This document shows positions 28,056-38,416 of a DNA stretch of 64,000 nt, piece after piece. Every line of letters starts with the position of its first letter. Position 1 is the stretch's first letter. Below the pieces are notes generated by a model, which saw only the letters and a list, made by a program, of their open reading frames with translations, searched no databases and was not told the origin of the DNA. Origin of the DNA: an uncultured archaeon (GTDB lineage Archaea > Iainarchaeota > Iainarchaeia > Iainarchaeales > 1-14-0-10-31-34); contig CAZSOZ010000001.1 in assembly GCA_964608675.1 (NCBI GenBank), positions 128,001 to 192,000 of the forward strand, given 5' to 3'. The position numbers were made by a program, and so were the translations under genes.

Positions 28056-28244
28056 ATGGCAAGACACAAAAAAAAAGAAAAAAAAGATTTTCTGATTTCT
28101 GAAAGAAAAAAAATAGGAGCAGGAATCAGCAACGCCCCAGTATGGATTGTCCAAAAAAAAGGAGAAAGAATCTGGAACACCAAACAAAAAAGGCACTGGA
28201 AAAACGTTGATTTAGGAAAATTATACAAAAAAAAGAAAGAATAA
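28056..28244 (+). CDS. rpl39e: Ribosomal protein L39e
   Basis: APVWIVQK...KRHWK; synteny. Confidence 0.85.
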   Translation: MARHKKKEKKDFLISERKKIGAGISNAPVWIVQKKGERIWNTKQKRHWKNVDLGKLYKKKKE

Positions 28245-28257
28245 AAGGTGAAATTAA

Positions 28258-28746
28258 ATGGCAACAGATGTTTATACAATTCCTTTGAAAAAAACAATAA
28301 ACAATAAACCAAGAAGAGGGAGAGCAAAAAAAGCCATAAGAGCTGTAAAAAACTTTTTAAAAAAACACAGAAGATTAAATGAAGAAAATATTGCTGTTTC
28401 AAAAGAAGTAAATGAAAAAATATGGGAAAACGGAATGCAGGGAATACCCCGAAAAATTGAAGTTCAATTAAAAGAAATAGAAGGAAAAACTTTTGTTTTT
28501 CTTAAAGAAGGAAAAGAATTAAAGGAAAAAGAAAAAGAAATAAAAGAAAAAAAGAAAGAAGAAAAAAAAGCAAAAGAAGAAAAAGAAAAGCAAACTGAAG
28601 AAGAAAAAAAAGCAAAAGAAGAAAAAGAAAAGCAAACTGAAGAAGAAAAAAAAGCAGAAGAAGAAAAAAAAAGAAAATTAGAAGAAAAAAGGCAGAAAGA
28701 AAAAGACGCACAAAAAATTGAAATAAAAAGAAAAACAAAAGAGTAA
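28258..28746 (+). CDS. rpl31e: Ribosomal protein L31e with long K/E tail
   Basis: YTIPL...RAKKAI...VNEKIW..G...PRKI. Confidence 0.92.
   Translation: MATDVYTIPLKKTINNKPRRGRAKKAIRAVKNFLKKHRRLNEENIAVSKEVNEKIWENGMQGIPRKIEVQLKEIEGKTFVFLKEGKELKEKEKEIKEKKKEEKKAKEEKEKQTEEEKKAKEEKEKQTEEEKKAEEEKKRKLEEKRQKEKDAQKIEIKRKTKE
28561..28656 (+). repeat. 42-bp tandem repeat (about 2.3 copies) in the L31e tail
   Basis: GAAAAAAAAGCAAAAGAAGAAAAAGAAAAGCAAACTGAAGAA x2 plus a partial copy. Confidence 0.85.
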
Positions 28747-28752
28747 AATAAA

Positions 28753-29415
28753 ATGAGAATAGAAAAAAGCCAGCTTAAAGGAAGCCCTTTTATAGGAGTA
28801 TTTTGCTCTATTACAGAAGAACACGCTTTGCTTCCAATTTACATGGAAAAAAAAGAAGTAAAAAAAATAGAAGAATTCTTTGAAGTAAAAACCATTCAAA
28901 CAAGCATTGCAGGAAGCTCATTAATTGGAAGCATGGTAAAAGGAAACAGTACCGGCTTTATTGTTCCTGAAAACGCAAAAGAAAAAGAAATAAAATTACT
29001 GGAACAAAACGGAATAAAAACCAAAAAAATTAAAGGATTGACTGCTTTAGGAAACCTCATTGCATTAAATGACTTTGGAGGAATAGCAAGCCCTTTAATT
29101 TCAAAAAAAAATTTTGAAGAAATAAAAAAATTTTTTGGAATTCCCTTAAAACAAAAGACTATAGCAACCAGCGAAGTAGCAGGCTCCTGCATGGTTGCAA
29201 CCAACAAAGGATTCATACTGCACCCTGAAACAAATGAAAAAGAATTAAAAGAAATTGAATCAATACTTAAAGTGCAGGGAACACCAACAACAGCAAATTA
29301 TGGAGACCCTTTTGTTGCAAACGATGTTCTTGCAAACTCAAAAGGAGCTTTAATAGGAGAATACACTTCAAATGCAGAAATGTTAATGATAGATGAAGGA
29401 TTAAAAGGAGATTAA
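28753..29415 (+). CDS. eif6: Translation initiation factor aIF6
   Basis: [23 protein letters not shown]. Confidence 0.93.
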   Translation: MRIEKSQLKGSPFIGVFCSITEEHALLPIYMEKKEVKKIEEFFEVKTIQTSIAGSSLIGSMVKGNSTGFIVPENAKEKEIKLLEQNGIKTKKIKGLTALGNLIALNDFGGIASPLISKKNFEEIKKFFGIPLKQKTIATSEVAGSCMVATNKGFILHPETNEKELKEIESILKVQGTPTTANYGDPFVANDVLANSKGALIGEYTSNAEMLMIDEGLKGD

Positions 29416-29417
29416 AA

Positions 29418-29603
29418 ATGGAAAAAAACTTTGAAGTACAGGGAAAAATAAAAAACAAGACAACAAACAAAAAATTCACAAAAAAAATTAGTTCATTAAA
29501 TGAAAATACAGCAATAGAAAAAGTAATGAGTTTATTCGGCTCAAAAAACAAAATTAAAAGAAGAAACATAGAAATAAATGAAGTTAAAGAGGTGAAAGAA
29601 TAA
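29418..29603 (+). CDS. rplX: Ribosomal protein LX (L18a/L20a)
   Basis: FTK...AIEKV.S.FGSK..IKR..I.I. Confidence 0.9.
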   Translation: MEKNFEVQGKIKNKTTNKKFTKKISSLNENTAIEKVMSLFGSKNKIKRRNIEINEVKEVKE

Positions 29604-30046
29604 TGGCAGAAAAAACCGTGAACTTAAACGGAAAACAAATTGTTGATGCAATCACACAAGAAAAAAAAAGGCTGGAACACGTTCAAAGAAGCATTAATTC
29701 AGTTGAAAACCTTTTACAGGAAATCTTTTTTGCAAAAGAAAGCGTTAAAGCAATACAAAAAGCAAAAAAAGGAGAAAAAGCAATAATTACTTTAGGAGCA
29801 GGCATTTTTCTTGACATGAAAGTAGACGAAAACACAAAAGTGAAAAGAAGCGTTGCAGGAAACATTTTAATTGAAAACAAAACAGAAAAAGCTTTAGAAG
29901 AATTAGAAAAACAAGAAAAAGAAGTAAGAGAAAAACTTGAAACATTAAACAAACAACAGCAGTCAATTTATGCAAACATGAATACATTAAGCAGAATAAT
30001 AACAGAAGCACAAAAAGCAAGACAAGGAGAACAAAAACCACAATAA
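29603..30046 (+). CDS. pfdA: Prefoldin alpha
   Basis: Coiled coils flanking LGAGIF and VAGNILIE hairpins; synteny. Confidence 0.88.
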   Translation: MAEKTVNLNGKQIVDAITQEKKRLEHVQRSINSVENLLQEIFFAKESVKAIQKAKKGEKAIITLGAGIFLDMKVDENTKVKRSVAGNILIENKTEKALEELEKQEKEVREKLETLNKQQQSIYANMNTLSRIITEAQKARQGEQKPQ

Positions 30047-30055
30047 TTGATTGAA

Positions 30056-31456
30056 ATGTTCGGATTTTTAAAAAAGAAAATTGATTCATTTACAGAAAAA
30101 GTAAAAGGAAAAATAGAAAAAAAAGAAGAAGAAAAAGTAATAGAAGAACAAAAACCAGTAGATGAACCAAAAAAACAAGTTCTTGAAAGAATTGAAGAAC
30201 AGGAACAAGAAAAAAGAAAAGAAGAACATCTGATTGCTCCTGAAGAAAAAAAAATAGAAGAAGATTTAAGCGAAGAAGAAAAAGAAGTTTTACAGGAAAT
30301 AAAAGAAGAAGAAAAAGAAAAAGAACTGGAAAAAAAAACAAAAAAACCAAAACAAAAAGAAGAAGCAGTAAAAGAATTCAAAAAAGAAGCAGAAGAAAAA
30401 ATCAAACAAGAAACCAAAAAAAAAGTCTTTGAAGAAAGAAAAGAAAAACAATTCGAAGAACAATTAGAAAAAAAACTTGAAAAAGAAACACGCACACCTG
30501 AACCAAAAAAAATTCTGCAAGAAAAACCTGAATTCAAAGACAAATCTGATTTAATTAAAGAAAGAGAACTGAAAGCAAAAGTTTCTCTTACTACAGGACT
30601 AAAAAAATTTTTTACAGGAAAAATAAAAATAGAAGAAAAAGACGTAAAAAATTTTTTGGAAGAATTTGAATTAGCTTTAATGGAAGCCGACGTAGAACAA
30701 AACACTGCAGGAAAAATAATTGAAGAAATAAAAAAAACGCTTATTGGAAAAGAAATTGACGGAAAAAATTTAACTGAATCACTAAAAAAAGAAATTGCAT
30801 TAATTATTGAAAAATTAATTAAAATTCCAGAAATAGACTTAGAAAAAAAAATGCATGAAAAAAAACCATTAGTTATTTTGTTTTTGGGTCCGAACGGAGC
30901 AGGAAAAACCACTTCAATTGCAAAAATTGCTTTCAGGTTCAAGAAAAAAGGAAAAACTGTTGTTTTGGCTGCAGCAGACACTTTTCGTGCAGCATCAATT
31001 GAACAAATAGAAAAACATTCACAAAAATTAGGCGTAAAACTTGTAAAGCATAAATATGGAAGCGATCCTGCAGCAGTTGCATTTGATGCAAGAAAATCAG
31101 CAGAAGCCAAAGGAATAGACTTGGTTTTAATTGATTCAGCTGGAAGACAGGAAACAAACACTAATTTAATGAATGAATTAAAAAAAATTGACAGAGTTGT
31201 TCAGCCTGACTTAAAATTGTTTGTAGGAGAAGCAATGGCAGGCAACAGTTTGTTTGAACAAGCAAAAGAATTCAAAGAAAAAATCGGTTTTGACGGGTTT
31301 ATTTTAACTAAAATTGACACTGACGCAAAAGGCGGGACAGCAATCTCTCTTATTTCAGGTTTACAGAAGCCGGTTGTTTTTGTCGGAACCGGACAAAGCT
31401 ATGAACAATTAGTTGAATTTACTCCAAAATTCATTACAGAAAGAATAATTAAATAA
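30056..31456 (+). CDS. ftsY: SRP receptor FtsY
   Basis: Acidic N-terminus; GPNGAGKTT, DTFRAA, DSAGR, TKID. Confidence 0.95.
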   Translation: MFGFLKKKIDSFTEKVKGKIEKKEEEKVIEEQKPVDEPKKQVLERIEEQEQEKRKEEHLIAPEEKKIEEDLSEEEKEVLQEIKEEEKEKELEKKTKKPKQKEEAVKEFKKEAEEKIKQETKKKVFEERKEKQFEEQLEKKLEKETRTPEPKKILQEKPEFKDKSDLIKERELKAKVSLTTGLKKFFTGKIKIEEKDVKNFLEEFELALMEADVEQNTAGKIIEEIKKTLIGKEIDGKNLTESLKKEIALIIEKLIKIPEIDLEKKMHEKKPLVILFLGPNGAGKTTSIAKIAFRFKKKGKTVVLAAADTFRAASIEQIEKHSQKLGVKLVKHKYGSDPAAVAFDARKSAEAKGIDLVLIDSAGRQETNTNLMNELKKIDRVVQPDLKLFVGEAMAGNSLFEQAKEFKEKIGFDGFILTKIDTDAKGGTAISLISGLQKPVVFVGTGQSYEQLVEFTPKFITERIIK

Positions 31457-31518
31457 CTGCTGATTCCAAATACTATTAATTGTTTTCTTTACAAAAATCT
31501 TATTTTAAGAGTGATAAA

Positions 31519-32862
31519 ATGAGTTTAGGAGAAAAGCTTAGAGATGCAATGGAAAAAATCAGGAATTCCAGTAGACTGGATAAAGACACAGTTAAAGAAG
31601 TAACAAAAGAAATTCAAAGAGCTTTAATTTCATCTGACGTTCAAATTGAAATGGTTTTAAAATTAACTAAAAGAATTGAAGAAACAGCATTCAAAGACCT
31701 TCCAAAAGGAATAAACAGAAGGGAATTCATAACCAAAAACACTTATGATATTCTGGCAGAAGCTTTAGGAGGAGGAAAAAAACTGGAAAAAACTCCTGAA
31801 AAAATTTTAATGGTAGGATTGTTTGGGGCAGGAAAAACAACCACCACAGGAAAACTCGCAAAATATTATTCAAAGAGAGGAAAAAAAGTAGGAGTAATTT
31901 GTGCTGATACATTTAGGCCTGCAGCATTCGATCAATTAAAACAAGTGGCAGAAAAAATTGAAGTTCCTTTTTTTGGAATTGAAGGAGAAAAAAATGCTGC
32001 AAAAATCGTTCAAAAAGGATTGACTCAATTTAAGGAATTTGATTTAATTATAGTTGATTCAGCAGGAAGAAGTGCATTAGACAAAGAATTAGTTGAAGAA
32101 ATAAAAGAAGTCAACCAAGAATTAAACCCTGATTTTACTTTCCTTGTATTAGGAGCAGACATAGGACAAATAGCAGGAAAACAAGCAAAAGCATTCCATG
32201 AAAACGTTGGAGTAAACGGAGTAATACTAACAAAAATGGATGGAAGCGCAAAAGGAGGAGGAGCATTAATTGCCTGTTCAATTACAAAAGCACCTGTTTA
32301 CTTTATTGGAACAGGAGAAAAAATGCAGGACTTAGAAGAATTTGATGCAACAAGATATTTAAGCAGAATAATGGGCTACGGCGATTTACAGGGACTGCTG
32401 GAAAAAGTAAAAGAAGCAGGAATGGAAGAAGAAATTGATTTAGAAGAATTAATGAAAAAAGAATTCAATCTGGATATTTTTTACAAGCAGTTAAAAGCAG
32501 CAAGAAAAATGGGGCCCTTAAATAAAGTAATGGATTTGATGGGATTAGGGCAACAGATTCCAAAAGAACAAATGGAATTAGGAGAAGAAAAACTAAATGC
32601 ATTCAAAGTAATAATGGATTCAATGACAAAAAAAGAAAAATTAGAGCCTGAATTATTAAATCATTCAAGAATTAAAAGAATAGCAAAAGGTTCAGGAAAA
32701 AAAGAAGAAGACGTAAGAGAATTAATAAAACACTACAAAAGAATGAAAAAAATGGTTAAACAAATGAAAAAATTTTCTGATCCGGAACAACTGCAAAAAA
32801 AAGGAGCCATGGACAAATTAATGAAAAAATTCGGCAAACAAAAAAAAATAAAATTCAGGTAA
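31519..32862 (+). CDS. srp54: SRP54
   Basis: GAGKTTT, DTFRPAA, DSAGR, Met-rich M domain with SRIKRIAKGSG. Confidence 0.96.
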   Translation: MSLGEKLRDAMEKIRNSSRLDKDTVKEVTKEIQRALISSDVQIEMVLKLTKRIEETAFKDLPKGINRREFITKNTYDILAEALGGGKKLEKTPEKILMVGLFGAGKTTTTGKLAKYYSKRGKKVGVICADTFRPAAFDQLKQVAEKIEVPFFGIEGEKNAAKIVQKGLTQFKEFDLIIVDSAGRSALDKELVEEIKEVNQELNPDFTFLVLGADIGQIAGKQAKAFHENVGVNGVILTKMDGSAKGGGALIACSITKAPVYFIGTGEKMQDLEEFDATRYLSRIMGYGDLQGLLEKVKEAGMEEEIDLEELMKKEFNLDIFYKQLKAARKMGPLNKVMDLMGLGQQIPKEQMELGEEKLNAFKVIMDSMTKKEKLEPELLNHSRIKRIAKGSGKKEEDVRELIKHYKRMKKMVKQMKKFSDPEQLQKKGAMDKLMKKFGKQKKIKFR

Positions 32863-32868
32863 AAAAAA

Positions 32869-33393
32869 ATGAAAATAAATGTTGGTTCAGAAAATCCTGT
32901 TAAAGTTCAGGCAGTAAAAAACGCTTTTAAAAAATATTTTAAAGAAGTGAAAATTAAAGGAAAAAAAACTGAATCAGAAGTAAGAGAACAGCCTTTAAAT
33001 TTAAATGAAATAATTAAAGGAGCCAAAAACAGGGCAAAAAAAAGTTTTTTTGACTGCAGTTATTCAGTGGGAATTGAATCCGGGTTAATGAAGTTTCCAT
33101 CAGAATCAGGTTACATGGAAATAACTATTGCAGTAATTTTTAACGGAAAAAAATTTTTTTTGGGAGCCAGTCCTTTATTTGAGTACCCAAAAAAAGCTGT
33201 CAGACTTTTAATTAAAGGAACTCATGATGTGAATACTGCTTTTGCTGAATTGTTTGGAAAACAAAAAGATTTAGGAAGAAAAAAAGGCGCCATAGGAGAA
33301 CTAACAAAAGGAAAACTAAACAGAACACAATTCACAGAATTAGCTGTATTAATGGCTTTAACAAAAATAGCAAGCAAAAAATTATTTGAATAA
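32869..33393 (+). CDS. yjjX: Inosine/xanthosine triphosphatase (YjjX family)
   Basis: VGSENPVK, GAKNRA, GIESG, GAIG.LT. Confidence 0.9.
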   Translation: MKINVGSENPVKVQAVKNAFKKYFKEVKIKGKKTESEVREQPLNLNEIIKGAKNRAKKSFFDCSYSVGIESGLMKFPSESGYMEITIAVIFNGKKFFLGASPLFEYPKKAVRLLIKGTHDVNTAFAELFGKQKDLGRKKGAIGELTKGKLNRTQFTELAVLMALTKIASKKLFE

Positions 33394-33399
33394 AAAATT

Positions 33400-34470
33400 T
33401 CATGATTTTTTAAATTTAACTTTTTTCCTGGTTTTTTGCATTTCTCTTGCAAGAGCATAAACATTAGCCAAAGAATAACCTGTTTTTTCAGCAATTTCTT
33501 TTGCAGTAAATTTTCCTTTATTTTGAGAAAGCATTCGGCCCAATTTTGCTTGTTTTGAATCCAAAAGAGAATGCCTCCAAACACCTATTTTATGAGAAAC
33601 ATTTTTTACTGTAGAAACATCCACTTTTTTTCTTTCAGCAATTTCTTTACGAGAAACTCCTTTTTTAACCAAGTCTTCAATTTCAGCCAAAGTTTTTTTT
33701 CTTTTCTTTTCACTTTTGTTATCAAGCCCTGCCTGACGGCTAATTTTGTTTATTGTAAAAAAAGACCTGCCTGTTCTTTCGGCTATTTGATTAAAAGAAA
33801 GACCGGATTGCTTAACCAAAAATTCAATTGTTTTTCTTTCTTTATTAGAAACTTTTGATCTGGCTTCACGGGAATTAAATAATCCTTCAGTTATGCCAAT
33901 TTGATAAACTGGATTAATGGAAACTCCATGCTTTTCTGCTATTTCTTTAACAGTCAAAGAAGAAAAACGCAAATCACTCAAAATAGCATTTCTTTTCTGA
34001 TCAGGCACCTTGCTTCTTCTTCCTCCATGCTTTCCCTTCCGCATGGTTTCCTCAAAAGAACGCAAATCCAAAAACCGATTAATTTCAGAAACAAATTTAA
34101 GAGACACCCTTATATTGCCCTCAAATTTTTTTGAGAGAAGTTCAGAAACCTCCAAAGCAATCTCTGTAAAAGACTTATTTCTTTCAACAAAAATTTTATT
34201 TGCCACAAACAAAGCAATTAAAGGATTATAAGCAAACGAACTCCCTGGCTTAATTTTTTTCTTCAAAGGATAATACCTGCCCCACAAAAAAATTGTTTTG
34301 TTTTCAGGCAAAACAGAAAAAGAAAAAAACTTTTTCCAGTTAACTAATTTGCTGTTCTTTTTCACAGAATCAATTAAATCCAGCATCTGCTTAGAAACAA
34401 GCTTCTTTTTTTTAGATTTTGGTTTTCGGCCGGCTGGCTTTCCTGCCGGTTTCTTTGGATTTTTAGGCAT
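33400..34470 (-). CDS. Basic orphan with 4-5 tandem helix-turn-helix repeats
   Basis: EIAEKHGVS, QIAERTGRS, EIAERKKVD, EIAEKTGYS. Confidence 0.75.
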   Translation of the reverse strand: MPKNPKKPAGKPAGRKPKSKKKKLVSKQMLDLIDSVKKNSKLVNWKKFFSFSVLPENKTIFLWGRYYPLKKKIKPGSSFAYNPLIALFVANKIFVERNKSFTEIALEVSELLSKKFEGNIRVSLKFVSEINRFLDLRSFEETMRKGKHGGRRSKVPDQKRNAILSDLRFSSLTVKEIAEKHGVSINPVYQIGITEGLFNSREARSKVSNKERKTIEFLVKQSGLSFNQIAERTGRSFFTINKISRQAGLDNKSEKKRKKTLAEIEDLVKKGVSRKEIAERKKVDVSTVKNVSHKIGVWRHSLLDSKQAKLGRMLSQNKGKFTAKEIAEKTGYSLANVYALAREMQKTRKKVKFKKS

Positions 34471-34524
34471 AAATAAAAAACAGAGTTAAAAATATTTAAT
34501 TGTTTTTGTATTCTTTTATATTGA

Positions 34525-35364
34525 ATGATTTTATTGATAAGGGAAATAGTTGTTTTAATTGGAAGTTTTCTGGCAGCATACACTGACTTTAAAACAGGAT
34601 ACATTTACGACAAAATCACTTACCCAATGATTGCAACAGGAATTTTTTTAAATTTGTTTGAATTAGGAAAACAAATTTCAATTGAACGGTTTCTGGAATT
34701 ATTTGGAGTAGGAATTGCATTCTTTGTTTTAGGGTACGGAATGTACTGGCTTGGAAAAGTAGGAGGAGGAGACGTAAAACTGTTTACAGGAATTGGATTG
34801 CTTCTGCCTTTTTTTGGAAAATTTTTTCCTTTGAATATTTTTGCTTTAAATTCATTAATTTGGGCAGGAATAAGTTCACTGGCTTTTTACGGAACATACT
34901 ATATTATAAAATATGCAAAAAAAGGAATTGATTTGAATGAAAACAAAAAAGGAATAAAAAAAGCAGGAGGTCTCACAATATTAATTGGCTTTTATTTTTT
35001 TTTGGTTTATTCAGCAGGACTAGAAAAACTTATTTTTATTTTAATGATTCCCTTAAGCATTTCATTGATTTTTATTGCATTAGAAAAAGGAATAAAAAAA
35101 GAATTTTTTCTTAAAAAAATTCCTGTAAAAGAAATAGAAGAAGACGAAGTTATTGCAGTTGAATTTGAAGACAAAAAAGTATTAAAAGAACTGGCGCTTG
35201 GATTAAAAGGATTAATAGGAGAAAAAGAAAAAATAGAACTGAAAAAAAAAGGAATAACAGAAGTTCTTGTTTACAGGAATCTCCCAAAATTCGGGCCCTT
35301 TATTTTTATAGGAGTATTAATTAACCTTGTTTTTCCTGATTTGCTGATTAACTTATTTTTGTAG
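34525..35364 (+). CDS. A24 prepilin/preflagellin peptidase
   Basis: AYTDFKTG, GGGDVKL, PKFGPFI. Confidence 0.9.
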   Translation: MILLIREIVVLIGSFLAAYTDFKTGYIYDKITYPMIATGIFLNLFELGKQISIERFLELFGVGIAFFVLGYGMYWLGKVGGGDVKLFTGIGLLLPFFGKFFPLNIFALNSLIWAGISSLAFYGTYYIIKYAKKGIDLNENKKGIKKAGGLTILIGFYFFLVYSAGLEKLIFILMIPLSISLIFIALEKGIKKEFFLKKIPVKEIEEDEVIAVEFEDKKVLKELALGLKGLIGEKEKIELKKKGITEVLVYRNLPKFGPFIFIGVLINLVFPDLLINLFL

Positions 35365-35517
35365 TTTGGGAAGAACCAAAAAAGCAAAAACTCCGGATAA
35401 AATTAATGCAATCCAAAGAGTTTCAGCAGAAAGCATTCCAAAAACAAAAAGCAAAAAGAAAAAAAGAAGCAAAGCAATTAAAAGAAGTATAAGAATTTGT
35501 TTTTTATTGTAATTCAT
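35353..35517 (-). CDS. Small two-TM membrane protein, not in ORF track
   Basis: MNYNKKQILILLLIALLLFF...; directly downstream of rtcA. Confidence 0.55.
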   Translation of the reverse strand: MNYNKKQILILLLIALLLFFFLLFVFGMLSAETLWIALILSGVFAFLVLPKLQK

Positions 35518-35522
35518 TTTTT

Positions 35523-36590
35523 TCACTTTACTCCTGATTTAAAAGCAGTTCCTTCAACTGAAATTTCTGCAGGTTCATTTATTTTTCCTTTTACTTCAAA
35601 TTTTACATCCAAAAATTTTTCAACAACAGAAATGCTGTTTAAAGTATGATAAGTTAAAACAGAAGTTTCAAAAGTCGAATGCCCTTTAGCTAAAGCCATA
35701 AAAGGAATTAATTGATCAGATAAATGAGAATCAATTGGTTTGCCTGAATTAACTTCAAAAAAAAGGTTTTCAACAGCTTTTTCTGCAGTTTTTTTTGAAG
35801 AAAAATTTTTTTCCTGCAATGCTCCTGCACCTATTCTTGTTTTGTCTTTAAAATATGCAATTAAAGTTATTCCTGCGCCTTTTTCTTCTATTGCTTCATT
35901 AAATTCAATAACTGAATCCAAATCAGTTTCAGGAAATTTTTCCTGCAAAAACTTTTTTGCATAAATAAGAATGTTTTTTGATGCATCTTCAGGATAACCT
36001 GTTGAATGAACAAAAATTCTGATAAATTTTAATTCCCCCTGTTCAACTTTATAAAAAGGCTTTAAAGGCAGTTTAGAAAAAATTTTAGAAAAAGAAATTA
36101 AACCTTTTCCTTCAGGATAATAACCTCTTCTCTTTAATTCCAAAGAAAATTTTGCTCCCTTTCCAGAGATAAAAGGAAAAAAAACTTCTTTTGAATAATT
36201 AAAAGGAGGCGAAAAAGGAACGTCTGTTCCTCCAAAAAGCCTGAAAGAAATTTTTTTATCAGAAAAAGTTAAAGGAAGAGTTAAAGCCTGCAAAAGCAAA
36301 GTAATTGAACCAGCAGTCCCAATATTAACTGCATAATTTCCTTCTTTAATGCTTTCAGGATAAACAACAATTTTTTTTGAACCCAAAAAATTTCCTTTTA
36401 TTTTTGCTTCAGAGATTTTAGCTAAAGTGTTTACTCCGATTAAATGCTGTCTGGCAAGTCCTTTATTCGGGCGGTTGGCACGAATGTTAAAAATTAAAGC
36501 AGGTTTTTTTGTAATAAAAGACAAAGACAAGGCATTCCTCAAACACTGCCCTCCTGCACGCGCATCCACTTCAATTAAATTGTTTTCCAT
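35523..36590 (-). CDS. rtcA: RNA 3'-terminal phosphate cyclase
   Basis: GGQCLR, GLARQH, GGTDV, HLSDQL. Confidence 0.93.
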   Translation of the reverse strand: MENNLIEVDARAGGQCLRNALSLSFITKKPALIFNIRANRPNKGLARQHLIGVNTLAKISEAKIKGNFLGSKKIVVYPESIKEGNYAVNIGTAGSITLLLQALTLPLTFSDKKISFRLFGGTDVPFSPPFNYSKEVFFPFISGKGAKFSLELKRRGYYPEGKGLISFSKIFSKLPLKPFYKVEQGELKFIRIFVHSTGYPEDASKNILIYAKKFLQEKFPETDLDSVIEFNEAIEEKGAGITLIAYFKDKTRIGAGALQEKNFSSKKTAEKAVENLFFEVNSGKPIDSHLSDQLIPFMALAKGHSTFETSVLTYHTLNSISVVEKFLDVKFEVKGKINEPAEISVEGTAFKSGVK

Positions 36591-36649
36591 TCAAAAATAA
36601 TGCAATAAAATTAATAATAAGCTTTTTATTTAATTTATTAAGTGAAAAA

Positions 36650-37540
36650 ATGAAGATTTTAATTACAGGTTCAAGCGGGTTCATAGGAAAAGAACTCGTA
36701 AAAGAACTAAGAAAACAAAAAAACGAAGTAATAGAATTTGATTTAATTAAAGGACAGAATTTATTAAACGAAAAAGATTTAATTTTATTAAAAGAAGCTG
36801 ATGCAGTAGTTCATCTTGCAGCAGAATTAGATGAAAAAAAACCATTAGAAGAATTAATTCAAGTGAATGTAAAAGGAACAGAAAAATTACTGGAAAAATG
36901 CGTTGAATTCAAAGTAAAAAAATTCATTTATTTAAGTACTGTTGGAATAATGGGAGACACAATAAAACAAGCAGACGAAAACACTAAACTTAATCCAAAA
37001 ACAAAATACGAAAAATCAAAAGCAAAAGCAGAACAAAAAGTAAACGAATTCCAGGAATTAATTCCAATAACAATAATCAGAAGCGCGTTGGTTTTAGGGC
37101 CAAACAAATACTGGAAAGAAATCATTCAATTAATCAAAAAAAATTTTCCTTTGATTGGAAGCGGAGAAAACAAGTTTCAGATAATTTACTATAAGGATTT
37201 AATTTCAGCAATAATTTTCTGCTTAAAAAAATTTGAAACAGAAAACGAAACATTCATTATAGCAGAAGAAAAAGGAAAAAAACTAATTACCGTGTATTCT
37301 TTAATACAAAAAGAACTCGGAATAAACAAAAAAATCAAAATAATTCCTGTTTTTCTTGCAAAAATTTTATTTTACTTCAAAAAAAATAAATTATTCAATC
37401 AAGCTTACATGAAAAGGCTTTTAAGAAACAGAGATTATTCAATTCAAAAAATAATTAAAGCAGGATGGAAACCTGAATACACTACAGAACAGGCAATAAA
37501 AGAAACAGTAATGCAAATAGAAAAAGAAAACAAAAACTAA
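36650..37540 (+). CDS. NAD-dependent epimerase/dehydratase (extended SDR)
   Basis: TGSSGFIG, HLAA, YEKSK. Confidence 0.9.
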   Translation: MKILITGSSGFIGKELVKELRKQKNEVIEFDLIKGQNLLNEKDLILLKEADAVVHLAAELDEKKPLEELIQVNVKGTEKLLEKCVEFKVKKFIYLSTVGIMGDTIKQADENTKLNPKTKYEKSKAKAEQKVNEFQELIPITIIRSALVLGPNKYWKEIIQLIKKNFPLIGSGENKFQIIYYKDLISAIIFCLKKFETENETFIIAEEKGKKLITVYSLIQKELGINKKIKIIPVFLAKILFYFKKNKLFNQAYMKRLLRNRDYSIQKIIKAGWKPEYTTEQAIKETVMQIEKENKN

Positions 37541-38322
37541 TGTTTTTTTCCGCCTTTCTCTGCAGCCAAAACAAATTCTTTCATTAACTTTAAGGCTTTA
37601 GATTTGTTTTTTTGAACGTTATCCACTGCAGTTCCAACATGAACAATTGACGCTCCAGCAGAAATCACTTGTTCAGCCATTTCAGGAGTTTTAACGCCTC
37701 CTGCAACAATTAAAGGAACATCAATCATAGAAGAAATAACTTTAATGTTTTCAGGAGGAACACAGCTTTCTGCACCTGAACCAGACTCCAAAATAATTAA
37801 ATGAGCTCCCATAAACTGTCCTGCCAAAGCAGCTGCTGCACCAACATAAGGAACTTCTCTTGGAATCAAATTAGCCTGTCCAATCCAACCAACAGCTCTT
37901 CCGGGTTCAAAAACAAGATAAGAAGTAGGAATTGTTTCCAAATTCATTTTTTTTACTGGAATAGAAGAAGCAATTTGAGCTCCTGAAATAAAATAAGGAT
38001 CCCTTGAATTAAGCATTGACATAAAATAAGCTGCATCAGCTTTAGGACTCAAAGTAGCAATATTGCCTGGAAACAAAATTACAGGCAGACAAGAATTTGC
38101 TTTAATTGCTTTAATAGTTTTATCAAGCATTGAACCTTGTGCTCCAATAGAACCTCCAACCGCAAAAGCGCTTATGCCTGCTTTTTCAGCCAAACCTGCA
38201 ATAATTCCTGCTTCTTCAGGAGACTGGTCAGGAGGATCAATAACCAAAAAAACCAAACCTTTTCTTTCTTTTATCTGCTTTAAAATATATTTATAGGTTT
38301 TCCCAAAAACTGGTTCAAACAT
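37537..38322 (-). CDS. Geranylgeranylglyceryl phosphate synthase
   Basis: IDP, VGGS, LFPG, LNSRD, LESGSGA, GGG. Confidence 0.92.
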   Translation of the reverse strand: MFEPVFGKTYKYILKQIKERKGLVFLVIDPPDQSPEEAGIIAGLAEKAGISAFAVGGSIGAQGSMLDKTIKAIKANSCLPVILFPGNIATLSPKADAAYFMSMLNSRDPYFISGAQIASSIPVKKMNLETIPTSYLVFEPGRAVGWIGQANLIPREVPYVGAAAALAGQFMGAHLIILESGSGAESCVPPENIKVISSMIDVPLIVAGGVKTPEMAEQVISAGASIVHVGTAVDNVQKNKSKALKLMKEFVLAAEKGGKKH

Positions 38323-38416
38323 TAAAAATCACTTTAAAAATTGAGAGAAAAAAGTATTTAAAACAGCCGTCAATCAAAAAGCTTTAATAAACATTCAAAA
38401 AAAAAGAAAAAAAACT

